DNA of 64,000 nucleotides from Flavobacteriales bacterium (GTDB lineage Bacteria; Bacteroidota; Bacteroidia; Flavobacteriales_F; PHOS-HE28): NCBI GenBank assembly GCA_035325445.1, contig DAOKZW010000001.1, positions 2,000 to 65,999 of the forward strand, read 5' to 3'. Shown piece by piece: positions 19,265 to 29,044 of this stretch (position 1 is its first letter; each line of letters starts with the position of its first letter). The notes under the pieces were generated by a model. It saw only the letters and a program-made list of their open reading frames with translations, ran no database searches and was not told where the DNA came from. The position numbers and the translations under genes were made by a program.

Positions 19265-20470
19265 TCACAGCAGTCGGCCGGCGATGTGGCCGGTGGTCCA
19301 GGCCGCCTGAAAATTGAACCCCCCGGTGATGCCGTCGATGTCGAGCACTTCGCCAGCGAAGTACAGCCCGGGCACCAGGCGGCTTTGCATCGTCAACGGG
19401 TCCACCTCGCCCAGCGGCACGCCGCCGGCGGTGACGAACTCCTCCTTGAAGGTGGTCTTGCCCGACACGGCATAGCGGTCGTTGGTCAACAGGTCCACCA
19501 GGCGGTTGCGTTCCTTCTTCCCCACCTCGGCCCACACCTTGCCTTCCGGGATGCCGGCCTTGGCCAGCAGGAAGGCCCACAGCCGGTGCGGCAGCCCGAA
19601 GGGATCGGCGTTGTGCGCCTGCCGGCGCTGCAGGGCGCCGTCCAACAAGGCCGTGCGCACCACCTCCTCGCCCGCGCCACCCAGCCAATGCACCTGCACC
19701 GTGAACCGGTAGCCCAGCCCGTGCACCGTGCGCGCCCCCCAAGCGCTCAGGCGCAGGATGGCCGGGCCGCTCATGCCCCAGTGGGTCACCAGCAGCGGGC
19801 CCGTGCTTTCCAGCCCCGTGCCGATGATGCGCACCCGCACGGGGTCTGCCACCACGCCCATGAGCTCCCGCAAGGGATCGCCCGGCATGTTGAAGGTGAA
19901 GAGCGACGGCACCGGCGGCACCAGCCCATGCCCGAGCCCGCTGAGCCAGGCATAGCCTTCCGGCTTGGGATGGCCGCCCGAGGCCACGATCACCCGGTCG
20001 GCGGGGAATGCGGGGCCGCCCTCCGTCTCCACGGTGAACCCGCCGGAAGCCTCTTGCCGCACCGCCTTCAGGGCCGTGTGCTTTCGCACCTCCACCCCCG
20101 TGTGGCGCGCCGCCTCCAGCAGGGCATCCACGATGGTGGCCGAATCATCCGAGACGGGGAACATGCGCCCGTCCGCCTCAGCCTTCAGCTGCACGCCGCG
20201 CTGCCCGAACCACGCCAAGGTGTGCCGCACGCTGAAATGGCCGAAGGCCTTGCGGAGGAAACGCTCGCCGCGCGGATAGTGCGCCGCCAGCTTGCGGTCG
20301 TTCAGCTCGTGGTGCGTCACATTGCAGCGGCCGCCGCCGCTGATGCGCACCTTGGACAGCAGCTTGCCGCTTTTCTCCAGCACCAGCACCTCCGCCTGCG
20401 GATGATGCTCCTTCACGCTGAGCGCCGCGAAGAAGCCCGCCGCACCACCGCCGATCACGATCACCCGCAT
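19265..20470 (-). CDS. HI0933/BaiN-like NAD(P)/FAD-dependent flavoprotein (aminoacetone oxidase family)
   Basis: Rossmann dinucleotide motif VIVIGGGAAGFFAA and a conserved C-terminal block (YFAGEVLDIDGITGGFNFQAAWTTG). Length ~400 aa. Confidence 0.85.
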   Translation of the reverse strand: MRVIVIGGGAAGFFAALSVKEHHPQAEVLVLEKSGKLLSKVRISGGGRCNVTHHELNDRKLAAHYPRGERFLRKAFGHFSVRHTLAWFGQRGVQLKAEADGRMFPVSDDSATIVDALLEAARHTGVEVRKHTALKAVRQEASGGFTVETEGGPAFPADRVIVASGGHPKPEGYAWLSGLGHGLVPPVPSLFTFNMPGDPLRELMGVVADPVRVRIIGTGLESTGPLLVTHWGMSGPAILRLSAWGARTVHGLGYRFTVQVHWLGGAGEEVVRTALLDGALQRRQAHNADPFGLPHRLWAFLLAKAGIPEGKVWAEVGKKERNRLVDLLTNDRYAVSGKTTFKEEFVTAGGVPLGEVDPLTMQSRLVPGLYFAGEVLDIDGITGGFNFQAAWTTGHIAGRLL

Positions 20471-20513
20471 GGGGCAAAGATGCGTGCCGGAAGGGCTACG
20501 CCCCGCCGTGCGG

Positions 20514-22574
20514 TCACGCGCCCGGGGCCGCCAGCTCCACGAAGTACATCTCCATTTCACCCTTGCCCTTGGCCTCCACCATGCCCCGGGGGGTGAAGGT
20601 GAACGCGGGGTCGTCCTTCACCAGCGCATAGGTGGCTGCACTGAGGTTCACCCGGCCCACCCCGCCCGAGGATTCCATGCGGTTGGCCGTGTTCACGGTG
20701 TCGCCCCAGATGTCGTACTGGAATTTCTTCACCCCCACAATGCCCGCCACCACCGGGCCGGTGTGCACGCCGATGCGGATATCGAACCAAGGGCGGCCCT
20801 CGGCCTGCTTGCGCACCTTCAGCCCCGCGATGAACTCCTGCACCTCCAACGCCGCCCGCAGCACATCGCCGGCGTGCGTGGTGTTCGGCACCGGAAGCCC
20901 GCCCGCCGCCATGTAGGCGTCGCCGATGGTCTTGATCTTCTCCACCCCATGCTTCCCCATGATGCCGTCAAAGGCCGAGAAGCACTCGTTGATATCGGCC
21001 ACCAGCTCGCGCGGGCCCAGCTTCTCGCTCAGCTCGGTGAAACCCTTGAAATCGGTGAACAGCACCGTCACCTGCTCGATCAACCGGGCATCCGCGCTGC
21101 CCTTCGCCATCAGCTCCCCGGCCACCTCTTGGGGCAGGATGTTCAGCAGCAGCTCCTCGCTGCGCTCCTTCTCTTGCCGCAATTCGGCCGTGCGCACCTT
21201 CACCTCGGCATCCAGGTCGTCGCGCTGGCGCAACACCAGCCGGTTCTGGTGCGCCGACCGGATGGCCAGGTACACGCCGGTGAACAACGGCACCGCGGCA
21301 TGGTTCGCGTACAGGCCCACCACCGACAGCCACTCGGCGAACGCGCCATGCAGCATGGCGCCCACGAAACGGATCACCACCGCCAGCACGAACGAAATGA
21401 CCACGCCCGTCCCCACCCACCGGGCATATCCCTTGCTCCGCATCAGGCCGAAGCCCAAGCGAAGCACCAGGATGAACAACCATGCCATCACCAGCGCCAT
21501 CAGCACCACCCCCACGCCCAGCACCGCCCACAACAGCGCCTGCCCACCCCGCAGGCCGCCCAGCTCCAGCTGGAACCCGCTGCCGTGGGACATGGCGCCC
21601 AACACCGCCAGCACCACACTGGAAAGCAGCGCGCCACGGAAGGCCCGGCGCACCCGCCGGGGCGGCTCCGTGCCGCCCAACAGGCCCAACACCCGCACCA
21701 GCTGATAGAACTGCCACGGCACAATGAACAAGGCCACCATCCGCCATACGTGCATCGAGGACCCGCCCATGCCAAAAACCATCAATCCCGTGCCCAGCTC
21801 CGTGTACAGACCGATCACCTCCATCGCGGAGATCAGCGCCAAAAAAAGCCACGTGCGCTCCAGCCGGTCGGACCACCACATCACCAGCGAGAAAAGCACG
21901 ATCACCAGGTTGATCCCGATGAAGATCCCGTAGTGCGTGGTGAAGCGCTGCTGGCCATAAAAGACGTTGCCGTCGTGCAGCGACATCCGGAAGCCCGTAT
22001 CGTTGAAGCTCGCGTCGTGCTTGGCGAGGATGCGCACGGCCACCATTTCCGGCTGCCCGTCACAGGCGAAGGAGAAAGGCACAAAGATGTACCGCCCCGC
22101 CGTGGTGGCCGAGCCCAAGTCCAGAAAGGCATCGGTGCCGGCCGAACGCATGAGGAAGCGGCCGTTGAGGTAGATCTCGTAGCTCGCCTTCCCGGTCACC
22201 GCCATGATCAAGGGCACGCCCCGCAGGTCGTCGGAAGGCCTCACCGCAAACCGGATCCAATGCAGGCCATGGCCCGTGCGCAGGGTATCACGGTCCACCT
22301 CCAACAAGGCCCAGGAACTGTCCGCCGCCACCCGGTCCGCACCACGGCTGGCGGGACCGATCTGGTGCCGCACCTCGAAGAGCCCGTCCACATCAACGCC
22401 CGGAACCGCCTGCCCCACCCCGGGCACGGATACCTGCTGGCGGTGCAGGTTGTGCAGCGACAGCGCACCGTCGGCCCGCTCTTCATCGATGCTCACCCTG
22501 ACCCGTTGCGCCTGTAACGGCAGCAACAGCAGCAGCCCGAGGACCCATGGGAAAAGATGCCGCAAAAGGCGCAT
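20514..22574 (-). CDS. Adenylate/guanylate cyclase with N-terminal periplasmic sensor and 7TM-DISM-like membrane module
   Basis: Signal peptide, a ~170-aa extracytoplasmic domain, seven hydrophobic helices and a class III cyclase catalytic domain (VTVLFTDFKGFTE...IKTIGDAYMAAGG...WGDTVNTANRMES). The start is at MRLLRHLFPW. Confidence 0.8.
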   Translation of the reverse strand: MRLLRHLFPWVLGLLLLLPLQAQRVRVSIDEERADGALSLHNLHRQQVSVPGVGQAVPGVDVDGLFEVRHQIGPASRGADRVAADSSWALLEVDRDTLRTGHGLHWIRFAVRPSDDLRGVPLIMAVTGKASYEIYLNGRFLMRSAGTDAFLDLGSATTAGRYIFVPFSFACDGQPEMVAVRILAKHDASFNDTGFRMSLHDGNVFYGQQRFTTHYGIFIGINLVIVLFSLVMWWSDRLERTWLFLALISAMEVIGLYTELGTGLMVFGMGGSSMHVWRMVALFIVPWQFYQLVRVLGLLGGTEPPRRVRRAFRGALLSSVVLAVLGAMSHGSGFQLELGGLRGGQALLWAVLGVGVVLMALVMAWLFILVLRLGFGLMRSKGYARWVGTGVVISFVLAVVIRFVGAMLHGAFAEWLSVVGLYANHAAVPLFTGVYLAIRSAHQNRLVLRQRDDLDAEVKVRTAELRQEKERSEELLLNILPQEVAGELMAKGSADARLIEQVTVLFTDFKGFTELSEKLGPRELVADINECFSAFDGIMGKHGVEKIKTIGDAYMAAGGLPVPNTTHAGDVLRAALEVQEFIAGLKVRKQAEGRPWFDIRIGVHTGPVVAGIVGVKKFQYDIWGDTVNTANRMESSGGVGRVNLSAATYALVKDDPAFTFTPRGMVEAKGKGEMEMYFVELAAPGA

Positions 22575-22647
22575 GCAACAAATATGGGCCGGAAAGGCCT
22601 GTCGCTGGTAAGGGCCGCGAACTCCGAGCTGCGAGCTGCGAGCTGGG

Positions 22648-23418
22648 CTACGGCCCGGCCAGTGCCAGCTCCGGGTACTCGTACCCGTCCGACGCGCCTG
22701 CCCGGTTGCCTGTGCCATCCTTCCCCAGCAACGGCCGCACGGCATGGGCCTGCATGGCCCCGTCGGGGAAAGGCCGCAACAGGGGTTGCAGGCCGGCCTC
22801 ATCGCGGACCAGCTTGGTATCCAGCCACAGCGCTTCCTCTTCCGGGGCCAATATCACCGGCATGCGCGGCCCTTGCGCACCCGGCTTGTTGTGGATGCGG
22901 CGCATCAGCCCGTTGGCTTCCGTGGTGACGATGCTGAACGAGCGCAGCAGCGCGCCGACGTCCGGATCGCGCCACTCGGCCCACAGTGCTGCCAAGGCGA
23001 ACCATGGCCGGTCCTTCAGGTTGATGAAGAAGGGATAGGTCCGCTTGCCGAAGTGGAAATGCTCATAGAAGCCTTCCACGAACAGCACTGCCCGGCGCCC
23101 GCGGGCCGCATCGCGGAAGGAGGGCTTGTCAAAGACCGACTCCCCGCGCGCGTTCAGCGTTTGGTTCCACAACTGCTGCCGTTGCGTATCGTCCTTCACC
23201 CAGCCGGGCACCAGCCCCCAGGTGAAGAGCTGGGGCTCGTGCGGCGCCTCGCCGGTGTACAGCACCATGCGCGGATGGTCGAAGGCGTTGGCGAAGTGCA
23301 GGTTCAGCGCGGGATCCATCGCAAACTCCCGCTCCAAGCGTTCCACCGCCGCCTGATCGCCGCGCGTCTTGGCGATGCGCAGGGTCATTTCCTTGCGGGC
23401 TTGAACGCCGTAACACAT
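22648..23418 (-). CDS. SOS response-associated peptidase (SRAP/YedK, DUF159)
   Basis: It starts MC (Cys2 nucleophile). SRAP blocks are present: NARGESVFDKPSFRDA, VLFVEGFYE, FALAALWAEW, SFSIVTTEAN and RMPVIL. Confidence 0.75.
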   Translation of the reverse strand: MCYGVQARKEMTLRIAKTRGDQAAVERLEREFAMDPALNLHFANAFDHPRMVLYTGEAPHEPQLFTWGLVPGWVKDDTQRQQLWNQTLNARGESVFDKPSFRDAARGRRAVLFVEGFYEHFHFGKRTYPFFINLKDRPWFALAALWAEWRDPDVGALLRSFSIVTTEANGLMRRIHNKPGAQGPRMPVILAPEEEALWLDTKLVRDEAGLQPLLRPFPDGAMQAHAVRPLLGKDGTGNRAGASDGYEYPELALAGP

Positions 23419-23531
23419 GGGGGCAAAGATTAGCGGAGTGAATGGTGATGAGTGAATGGTGAATGGGATCTGCCGTAGAGGAAACCGGTAGGCAGATCAT
23501 GTGAGAAGGGTCGCCAATGGCTGAGCCCGAA

Positions 23532-24323
23532 CTACCGGCCAAAGAGCGTGGTGCGGTGCCATTCGAGATACTCGGCCTTGGGGCCAAGGGAATCGGGCGG
23601 GATAACAAGAGCAGATCCTTCGTGTTTCTCGAATTGCTGTGCGACCGTGGCGTTCGTGTAGTGGTCGCGAAGTGTGGGCGTACAGACCATGCGCAGGTCC
23701 CGGTCGAAGGTGATCAGGCCAAGGTCAAAGGCCCTATCGTGTAAGGCGTTTAGCGCGATGCCATTCTGTGGATCGAGACGGTGTTTCTCTGATTCCTTCC
23801 ACGGAATAATGTGCGAGGCGACCAGCAACTCCCGGATGGCCATGCCGGTGACGGCGCAACGCCCATCGTATGCATTGAGCACCGCCTGCCGGAAATAGCG
23901 TTGCCCTCGGCGCACGGTCACGGATGCCATGCTCTCCGTCGGCCCAACAGGCGCAGCAGGTAAGCGGATCTTCTCCGGAGAGACATCCACATCGGCATCG
24001 ACATTCCCTGTAAGCAATCGGGCCAGCATGGCTTCGCTTTCCGGGACGAGCACATCCTGTTGGGCGTGGAACTCCCCCCATACCGTGCGGTCCAGCGCAC
24101 TGGCACCCGTCAGCCCTTTGATTCCACGGGCCTGCAACCGTTCATCCAAGGAGGCCAAGTTGCTCAATTTCATGGCCACACTGCCCGGCGTACGGCCCAT
24201 TCGGCCCGCAACATCGATCAACACCGGGTTCCCTTGATCGAACCTCCCGAAGGGAATCTTCTCATAAAGGTTCAAGAGGATCAGTAGTTCCTCGCGGGTC
24301 CAAGGCTTGCGCGTCGTGGCCAT
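23532..24323 (-). CDS. HNH endonuclease (restriction-endonuclease-like, COG3440-type)
   Basis: The C-terminal HNH motif region (CAVTG...ASHIIPW...LNALHDRAFD) follows an N-terminal domain typical of 'putative restriction endonuclease' proteins. Confidence 0.7.
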   Translation of the reverse strand: MATTRKPWTREELLILLNLYEKIPFGRFDQGNPVLIDVAGRMGRTPGSVAMKLSNLASLDERLQARGIKGLTGASALDRTVWGEFHAQQDVLVPESEAMLARLLTGNVDADVDVSPEKIRLPAAPVGPTESMASVTVRRGQRYFRQAVLNAYDGRCAVTGMAIRELLVASHIIPWKESEKHRLDPQNGIALNALHDRAFDLGLITFDRDLRMVCTPTLRDHYTNATVAQQFEKHEGSALVIPPDSLGPKAEYLEWHRTTLFGR

Positions 24324-24367
24324 ATAGATTCCTGGCTTTTCCGCTGCAATATCGCTAACCTGGTCCC

Positions 24368-24610
24368 ATGGACCAAGACAAGGAATTCATCATCCGCCTC
24401 AACCGCATCGATCTCGGGCAGGTCATCGACGGCCTTGAAGTGCGGGCCCGGGCTTGGCGGGATACCGCCAACTACCTGCACACCGGCGAGCTCCCTCACC
24501 CGGACTTCGTAGTGGAAGTGTGTCGCGATGTTGAGGAGGCCGAACGACTCGCGGAGTGGTACGAGCGGATCATTGCTTCCATCCTGACCCAACAGCATTC
24601 CCAACACTAG
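24368..24610 (+). CDS. Small hypothetical protein (80 aa)
   Basis: ORF only, in the low-GC region. Its 3' end overlaps the convergent membrane-protein gene by ~40 nt, so it may be spurious. Confidence 0.25.
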   Translation: MDQDKEFIIRLNRIDLGQVIDGLEVRARAWRDTANYLHTGELPHPDFVVEVCRDVEEAERLAEWYERIIASILTQQHSQH

Positions 24611-25859
24611 CCCTCCTCCCCAACTCCCCATCGATCGCCGCGCTGAGCAGCAGCCCGGTGAGGCAGTAGGCCGTGAAGAGGTAGAAGCCCGTTTGCAGCA
24701 CGGAGTTGTTGGTGGTGAACAGCTCCACGTTGCCGCTGAAGGCCGCCAGCTGTGTGAGCTGGCTGTTGATGACGCCGTTGAAGCCGATGAAGGCCATGAA
24801 GATGGCCACCACCATCACGTCGGCCATGCTCCACTTGCCGCTCTTGAACACCAGGAAGCGGTGGAAGCCATTGCGCGGCGGGGTGCCCTGCGCGATGGTG
24901 ACCACCGAGGCCAATAGCTTGGCCACCGGGAAGAGCACGCTGAAGGCAAAGACCAGCGCAGCGACCACCAAGAGGCCCGCGCCACCGTTGGTGAGCAGCA
25001 GCCATACCACTTGCAGGATGCTCTTGCTCTGGAAGAAGAGCACCTGTTCCGTGAAGGTGACGGGCTCGCCCACTAGGGTGAACGAAAAGCTGGTGATGGT
25101 GGCTTCGATGTCGATCATGGGCAGCGAGAGGCCGCCGGCCAGCAGCACAAAGGCCGCGGCGGTGATGGTGCCCAGCTCCCACGCGCCGCGCCGCCTGCGC
25201 GCAAGAAGGAAGGCGGCCAGCGCCGCGCAGCACAGCCCCAGCCCGATGAGGTATTGCCGCTCGGCGGCACGCACCGCCGCCAGCCGGGCATCGATGGCCG
25301 CCAGTGCGGTGGCCTTGTCCGGTGCATCGTAGCGGGCCAACACGGTGTTGAAGACGGTGTAGTCCATCTCCCCCACGGTCTGGTCCATCATCTCATTCAT
25401 GCGCCGGATGAGGTTGGCCTCCAACGCGGCGCGGTTGTGCGGGTCCTCGATGTAGTCGATGAGCATGTCCGCATACTGCGGGATGCCCTTGCGCACATCG
25501 CCCATCACGTCGAACAGGTCCATGGCGCTGCCGCGCACCCAGCCCATGAAGCCGCGTCGCCGGTTTTCCGTGCGCAGCACGCCGTCAACTTCGGTGAGCA
25601 CCTTGCCCAGCACCTCTTCCACCTGCCGCTTCACAGCGGGCCGGTTCTCCTTGGTGATGTGGATCTCGCGGATCTTCTTGGCCACGATACCGGCGACCAC
25701 CTGCTTCCACTCGTCCACGTTGAACAGGCCGTACTTGATGTGGCTGAGCTCGATGTGGTCGCGCTTGAGCTCCCCCTTCACCCGCTCCAGCCCGATGATG
25801 CGCAGGCTGCAAAAGGCCATGGCGACGATGAGGAGGAGTAGGGCGGAGCGGCGGAGCAT
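24570..25859 (-). CDS. Integral membrane protein, PqiA-like (paraquat-inducible protein A family) candidate
   Basis: N-terminal TM helix, a long soluble region, then multiple TM helices with a PqiA-like block (FLVFKSGKWSMADVMVVAIFMAF). Family assignment is tentative. Confidence 0.4.
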   Translation of the reverse strand: MLRRSALLLLIVAMAFCSLRIIGLERVKGELKRDHIELSHIKYGLFNVDEWKQVVAGIVAKKIREIHITKENRPAVKRQVEEVLGKVLTEVDGVLRTENRRRGFMGWVRGSAMDLFDVMGDVRKGIPQYADMLIDYIEDPHNRAALEANLIRRMNEMMDQTVGEMDYTVFNTVLARYDAPDKATALAAIDARLAAVRAAERQYLIGLGLCCAALAAFLLARRRRGAWELGTITAAAFVLLAGGLSLPMIDIEATITSFSFTLVGEPVTFTEQVLFFQSKSILQVVWLLLTNGGAGLLVVAALVFAFSVLFPVAKLLASVVTIAQGTPPRNGFHRFLVFKSGKWSMADVMVVAIFMAFIGFNGVINSQLTQLAAFSGNVELFTTNNSVLQTGFYLFTAYCLTGLLLSAAIDGELGRRASVGNAVGSGWKQ

Positions 25860-26016
25860 GGAACTGCTGGATGGTGCAAGATGCAACAGGTGGCCGAAGC
25901 GTGTGCCGCACCTATCGAAGTGCGGTTGACATACTTAACTGAACTGACCCGTCGTCTTCAACTCCCAATCACCTCTTTCGTCCAGCCCCCTGCTTCGTTG
26001 CCGTTGTGCACAATCG

Positions 26017-27024
26017 TCACTTTGGCTTGGACGTTCCGGCCTGGCCGTCCTTCAGCCGTTTCAACGCCCGGTCCAGTTCGTCCTCCTTCCCTTCCTCCAA
26101 GGCCTTGCTGTATTTATCGAACTCCGCCAACGCATGCGCCTCGGCCTCCTCATGGCCCACGGTACCGGCATGCAGCAGCACCTCGCGCTCATTCAGTGTG
26201 AGGAAGTCGTGCAGCTTTTTCTTCCAATCCGCCATGTGCATCGGTTTGCGTTGCAGCGCCCGCAGTTCCGCAAATTCCAGGTACTGGTTCACGATGCGGT
26301 TCAGGTGGTCCAATTCCTCCTCCCCCAGATAATTCTTCGCCACCACCACGTCCCGCTTGCGGATCTCAGCAGTAGGCCAGTTGGTCAGCCCCATGTTGGG
26401 CTTGGCGGCATCAGCCCGGCGCATCACCACTTCAGCGGCCGTCTGGCCATGAATGGCCCAATGGAACTTGTTCTGCACGCTGCTGAAGAACGCACGCGTG
26501 ACCTCCGCCGTCCGGTCGTAGTCGATGGCAGTGGCATAGATGTCGCACACCTTGCGGTAGAAGACCTTCTCGCTGCTGCGGATGTCGCGTATGCGCCCCA
26601 GCAGTTCATCGAAGTAGTTATCGCGTGCCTGCTTCAGCCGGGCATCATCCAGCACGAAGCCTTTGATGATGTATTCGCGCAGCCGTTCCGTGGCCCAACG
26701 CCGGAAGTGGACGCCCACATGGCTGTTCACCCGGTAGCCAACGGAAATGATCATGTCCAGGTTGTAGTGCTCGATCAGCCTTTTGACGTTCCGTCGGCCT
26801 TCCCGGCCAACTGTAAAGAAATCCTTTACAGTTCCATCGGCATCGAGTTCACCATCCGCCAGGATGTTCCGGATGTGCTGCCCGATGTTCTGCTTAGTGG
26901 TCTGGAAGAGCTCTGCCATCTGGTTCTGGTTCAGCCAAACCGTTTCCTCCTCCAGCCGCACGCTCACTTGCGTTAGTCCGTCCTTGCCTTGGTAGATCAA
27001 TAGTTCCCCTTTGTCCATGGTCAT
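26017..27024 (-). CDS. RhuM family virulence/Fic-associated DNA-binding protein
   Basis: Strong match to conserved RhuM blocks (ELLIYQGKDG...VWLNQNQMAELFQTTKQNIGQHI...MIISVGYRVNS...KVFYRKVCDIYATAIDYD). Typical cargo of mobile/defense islands. Confidence 0.8.
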   Translation of the reverse strand: MTMDKGELLIYQGKDGLTQVSVRLEEETVWLNQNQMAELFQTTKQNIGQHIRNILADGELDADGTVKDFFTVGREGRRNVKRLIEHYNLDMIISVGYRVNSHVGVHFRRWATERLREYIIKGFVLDDARLKQARDNYFDELLGRIRDIRSSEKVFYRKVCDIYATAIDYDRTAEVTRAFFSSVQNKFHWAIHGQTAAEVVMRRADAAKPNMGLTNWPTAEIRKRDVVVAKNYLGEEELDHLNRIVNQYLEFAELRALQRKPMHMADWKKKLHDFLTLNEREVLLHAGTVGHEEAEAHALAEFDKYSKALEEGKEDELDRALKRLKDGQAGTSKPK

Positions 27025-27312
27025 GCGCTGACGGCTTTTCCGCCGATCGGCTTTGGACAAGATAGCTCCCGGCCGACTTTCAACCCGCTCTACCAACACC
27101 CACTTCAAGCGCACCACCCAAGGTCAAGAAACGGCATGGAACCCCGCCGATACGTGATCAATACGGCCCCATGAACCTTGGGCCATTCAAGTGCTGCAAA
27201 TGGCCCGGCAAACACCACTGCGGCTACACGTGGCTGGCCACGCTCCGCTCCAACACCGGAAGTGCCTCTTCCGGCGTGCGGCTTCGCGCTGGGCTCCCGT
27301 CCGCCTCCTCGT

Positions 27313-27705
27313 TCATGAAAGGAATTCCTCGGTGGACGCACGCGGGGACAGGATAGCCGTGGAGCCATATTCCCCCAGCACGAGCAAGTCGTCATCGCCG
27401 GTGATCAGCACATCGGCCTTGCCCTCCTTCGCCATCAACAGCAGGTAGTCGTCCTTCGGGTCGCGGGAAAGTGCCGTGGGGCCTGCCATCCCGACCTCCA
27501 CCAGTTCACCCGCTTCCGTGAGCGTCATGGCAAGCTGATGTGCAAACTCCACCGGAAAATGCTTTTGGAACCGGGGGCGTGCCGCCACATCCACAAGCTC
27601 GGCCAGCAACGGAGGGCTTACCAGCAGCACGAAGCCCCCTTCCCGCAACAGGGTGAGGAATCCACCCAGCCGCTTGCCGATCAGGAAGCTGTTGAGGATG
27701 CTGCC
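27313..27705 (-). pseudogene. PIN-domain toxin (TIGR00305-like) lacking its N-terminus and start codon; same frame as the upstream ORF across a single TGA
   Basis: It matches a PIN toxin from about residue 10 onward (LLREGGFVLLVSPPLLAELVDV...). The first beta-strand with the catalytic Asp is absent. There is no ATG, and only TTG/CTG lie after the in-frame TGA at 27706-27708. Confidence 0.5.
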
Positions 27706-27966
27706 TCAACGACGACGCGTTGCGCCTGCCTTCTTCTTCCACGCTGCATAACGCTTGGCCCTGACTATTTCCACCTCCTTGCGGATCGTCTCCTCGTCGA
27801 TGTCCACGTCCTTCAGCGCCTCCATCATCACCTGGAGGCGGTCGAGGGCGCGCTCGCGCTCGAAGCTCTTCAGCAGCGCATCCTTCTCCTTGCCGGGCAA
27901 TTGCTTGGCCAGCTCAACCACCTGTGCGGGCGTGAGGTCGATACGGAATCCGCCTTCGAATGGCAT
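27706..27966 (-). CDS. Small ORF upstream of the PIN remnant (possible cognate antitoxin)
   Basis: ~86 aa from MPFEGGFRIDLTPAQVVELAKQL. It has charged helical character and ends at the TGA that is in frame with the PIN ORF. Confidence 0.3.
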   Translation of the reverse strand: MPFEGGFRIDLTPAQVVELAKQLPGKEKDALLKSFERERALDRLQVMMEALKDVDIDEETIRKEVEIVRAKRYAAWKKKAGATRRR

Positions 27967-28033
27967 GACCCGAAGGTACCAAAATGACCGAGTTCTGATG
28001 TCATCCGCCGACCGAAGCTGCCGGTCGGTGTGT

Positions 28034-29044
28034 TCAGTTACATGGTGCTCCATACGGCCCCATGAACCTTGGGCCGTTCAAGTGCTGGAGATGGTCCGGG
28101 CGGTCAGCGGTCCAAACCTCGGTTTCGTAGGCAATCTGATCCGCGTACTTGGCATGGGCCTTTCTCGTGAGAAAGGCCGTGACGTATACAATCCCTGCTG
28201 TGCAGTCTTTCAGCAATTTCTTCAGCTCCATCAAGCGGAGTTCACTGATCGGTCCTGCACTATGTACGGCCTCAATCACATACAGCCAGTTCTTCTTCCG
28301 ACTATAAGCGATCACGTCAGGCAGTTCATCGTGCGAAAGCTCAAAGAAGCCAAGTTCACGTAGCCGGTCTTGCTCCAAATGCAGCATCTTATTGGCCGTA
28401 TCGCCCACGTACAAGACCTCCGCACCAAAGCCCCATCTCGGAAGGAACTCCTCGATGATCGCCTTTTGAAGTTCGTTGTGGGCCCCTAGTGTCAATTTCA
28501 GCTTCCGGCCACCCGGCAATGTGACCGGGATCATTTCCATGTCACGCTTTCGAAGCAACGCTTCCGCCAAACTCAAGCGATCCTTATTAAATCCGGAAAG
28601 CGCCTTTTTCCAACCGGGTGTACCATAGGCCCTTACAAGCTGGGCAAAGCCGGATGCCAAGGAATAGCCACGTGTGGGATCGTTGGTTGCCCGACTTGGG
28701 TCGTCCCCACTGTTCAGGATCAGCCCGGCAACCACAGCCAGTTTAAGATCCTTGCGTCGTACATCATCATACGAACCTGAAGAAATGTTCTCTTCGAAAT
28801 GCTTGTTCACGAAAGGAATCACATCCCGGGTCTTTAACCGCCGTCCATCGTCAACGCTTTTCGCCTCACTCCATTTGCGGGTGACCCCGGCTACCGCCAA
28901 CATGCACGCCGCCATGCGCTCCTTGCGCCGAAGTGTTTCGCCTTCAACAGGGATGCCAACCAAAGCCAGAATGTCGAGTGCTTCGTTCAGCACCTTCTTC
29001 ACAGTCGGACTTTTTCCACTGTCGGGCAAATAGTCCTTCATCAA
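28034..29044 (-). CDS. Putative type II restriction endonuclease (partner of the adjacent C5-MTase)
   Basis: 336-aa ORF. Its start overlaps the MTase stop by 4 nt (ATGA). It has a low-GC composition and no methyltransferase motifs. The REase assignment rests on context only. Confidence 0.45.
   Translation of the reverse strand: MMKDYLPDSGKSPTVKKVLNEALDILALVGIPVEGETLRRKERMAACMLAVAGVTRKWSEAKSVDDGRRLKTRDVIPFVNKHFEENISSGSYDDVRRKDLKLAVVAGLILNSGDDPSRATNDPTRGYSLASGFAQLVRAYGTPGWKKALSGFNKDRLSLAEALLRKRDMEMIPVTLPGGRKLKLTLGAHNELQKAIIEEFLPRWGFGAEVLYVGDTANKMLHLEQDRLRELGFFELSHDELPDVIAYSRKKNWLYVIEAVHSAGPISELRLMELKKLLKDCTAGIVYVTAFLTRKAHAKYADQIAYETEVWTADRPDHLQHLNGPRFMGPYGAPCN

Noticed and set aside
27706-27708. 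Programmed TGA read-through or selenocysteine insertion joining the small ORF to the PIN domain
   Set aside because: No SECIS-like hairpin follows the TGA and the PIN N-terminal catalytic strand is missing regardless. 5' deletion decay is the more economical explanation, but read-through is kept as an alternative within the finding.
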